Of a stretch of DNA of 7,298 nucleotides, positions 6,482-7,298 are shown in pieces; the stretch's first letter is position 1, and every line of letters begins with the position of its first letter. The notes beneath the pieces are model-generated. The model did not search any database, had not been told where the DNA came from, and saw only the letters and a program-made list of their open reading frames with translations. Made by a program: the position numbers and the translations under genes. This stretch comes from Paraspadella gotoi (Eukaryota; Animalia; Chaetognatha), in NCBI GenBank assembly GCA_051294375.1, contig JBJCIZ010000805.1:2047-9344 (forward strand). Direction: 5' to 3'.

Positions 6482-7298
6482 TATCTGGCGGTTAGGGGTG
6501 CCTCGCGTCAACGGTTCTCCGCATGAAGGAATTCAACGCGGCTGGGGCGTCATCCACGTGGCGCCAGCTTGGTGCCAGCTGCCGTCTTACCTCCTCCCAG
6601 TCCGCGCCTACAACTCTGCCGGAAGGACCTCAGCTGTATCGAAAAAGGCGGCGTCGGTCATGGCGGTAACACATTTTTCCCCACCCTCACCGAGCGCGCC
6701 CAATGCTCCTCATCCCACCCTTGCAAGCAAACCCGCACCACCAGTTATTCTGCCAACGTCCGAAGCGATTCCTCAGCCGATCCAAAAACGGTCCTCCTCT
6801 CCCGTCGCAGCGGCCGGAAGGATCGCAGACGAAAGAGACAGGCGTCACAGCTCAAAACTCTCCCTAGTCGATGCATACGCTCTCGGATTAACGATGTCAA
6901 TACACTCGTGTCACACAAAAATCCTCCACCGGGACCGGAATCAGAGACATTGAACCCGGAAGCCCGACTCTCACAGATACATACGCTACGGAGAGATCCC
7001 GTATATAACCAACATCAGGTCGCGTCAGCGCCCGGGACTCTCCTGACACTCAGCGAGAATCCTACAGTCCGGAATACTCGTCCATCCCGCGCGCGTCGTC
7101 TATCTCCTCAGGATTCTCCATCCCCAAGGCAATCATCATCTACTCAAGGGCTCTCCATCTCCGCCATCAGAGCGATCTGGTTCGGAGGGCCGAATACCTC
7201 TGCCGGCGCCAGCTCGGGCGCCACTCCTAACCGGCGGCGCACCTGAGGATGACGCTGATGATTGATGATGATGACGACGACTGTGGTATGATTGTCGA
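6402..7298 (+). pseudogene. GC-rich frameshifted coding region for a Ser/Pro/Arg-rich disordered protein with an acidic tract, truncated by the window edge
   Basis: Sharp AT-to-GC transition at ~6400. Two + frames are long open (6402-6953; 6527-7246), while all minus frames have frequent stops. Protein-like segments alternate between frames (SLYQRLPALSKVIHAQLHARCAAYLAVRG; SPPSPSAPNAPHPTLASKPAPPVILP; RESYSPEYSSIPRASSISSGFSIPK; GSPSPPSERSGSEGRIPLPAPARAPLLTGGAPEDDADD/DDDDDDCGMIV). A single extra T at ~7263 splits the GAT/GAC run. Confidence 0.55.

Noticed and set aside
4690-6611. GADWE(D/E) peptide encoded on the minus strand at both ~4707-4690 and ~6608-6591, differing at third codon positions
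   Set aside because: It spans only six codons with no flanking similarity, and the right-hand region more likely codes on the plus strand. Treated as coincidence.

Overview
Eukaryotic, most likely invertebrate-animal, repeat-rich draft-assembly sequence. It has two N gaps and, right of the second gap, many 1-nt homopolymer indels that look like unpolished long-read sequence. From left to right: (1) an AT-rich ~18-bp minisatellite (~84-450); (2) the 3' end of a minus-strand gene encoding a ZZ/C1-like zinc finger, followed by AATAAA (584-768); (3) a 200-bp gap-bounded island holding a decayed Ty3/gypsy reverse transcriptase fragment (779-978, minus), missed by the ORF track; (4) an indel-ridden second copy of 334-768 at 1015-1452, probably an assembly overlap; (5) a head-to-head inverted duplication (1473-1797 vs 3436-3799) linking the zinc-finger 3' end to a long, frameshifted, apparently intronless plus-strand coding region (~2020-3810) of unknown family; (6) a degenerate tRNA-derived element with Pol III A/B boxes (4102-4178, minus); (7) an (AG)8 tract next to two opposed TATA-like boxes (~4845-4910); (8) a ~1.4-kb non-coding stretch unusually dense in hairpins (~5050-6480); (9) a GC-rich, frameshifted Ser/Pro-rich coding region running off the right edge (~6400-7298, plus). 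No intact, nameable gene is present. The hairpin-dense region and the inverted zinc-finger gene structure most deserve follow-up, but assembly quality limits every conclusion.
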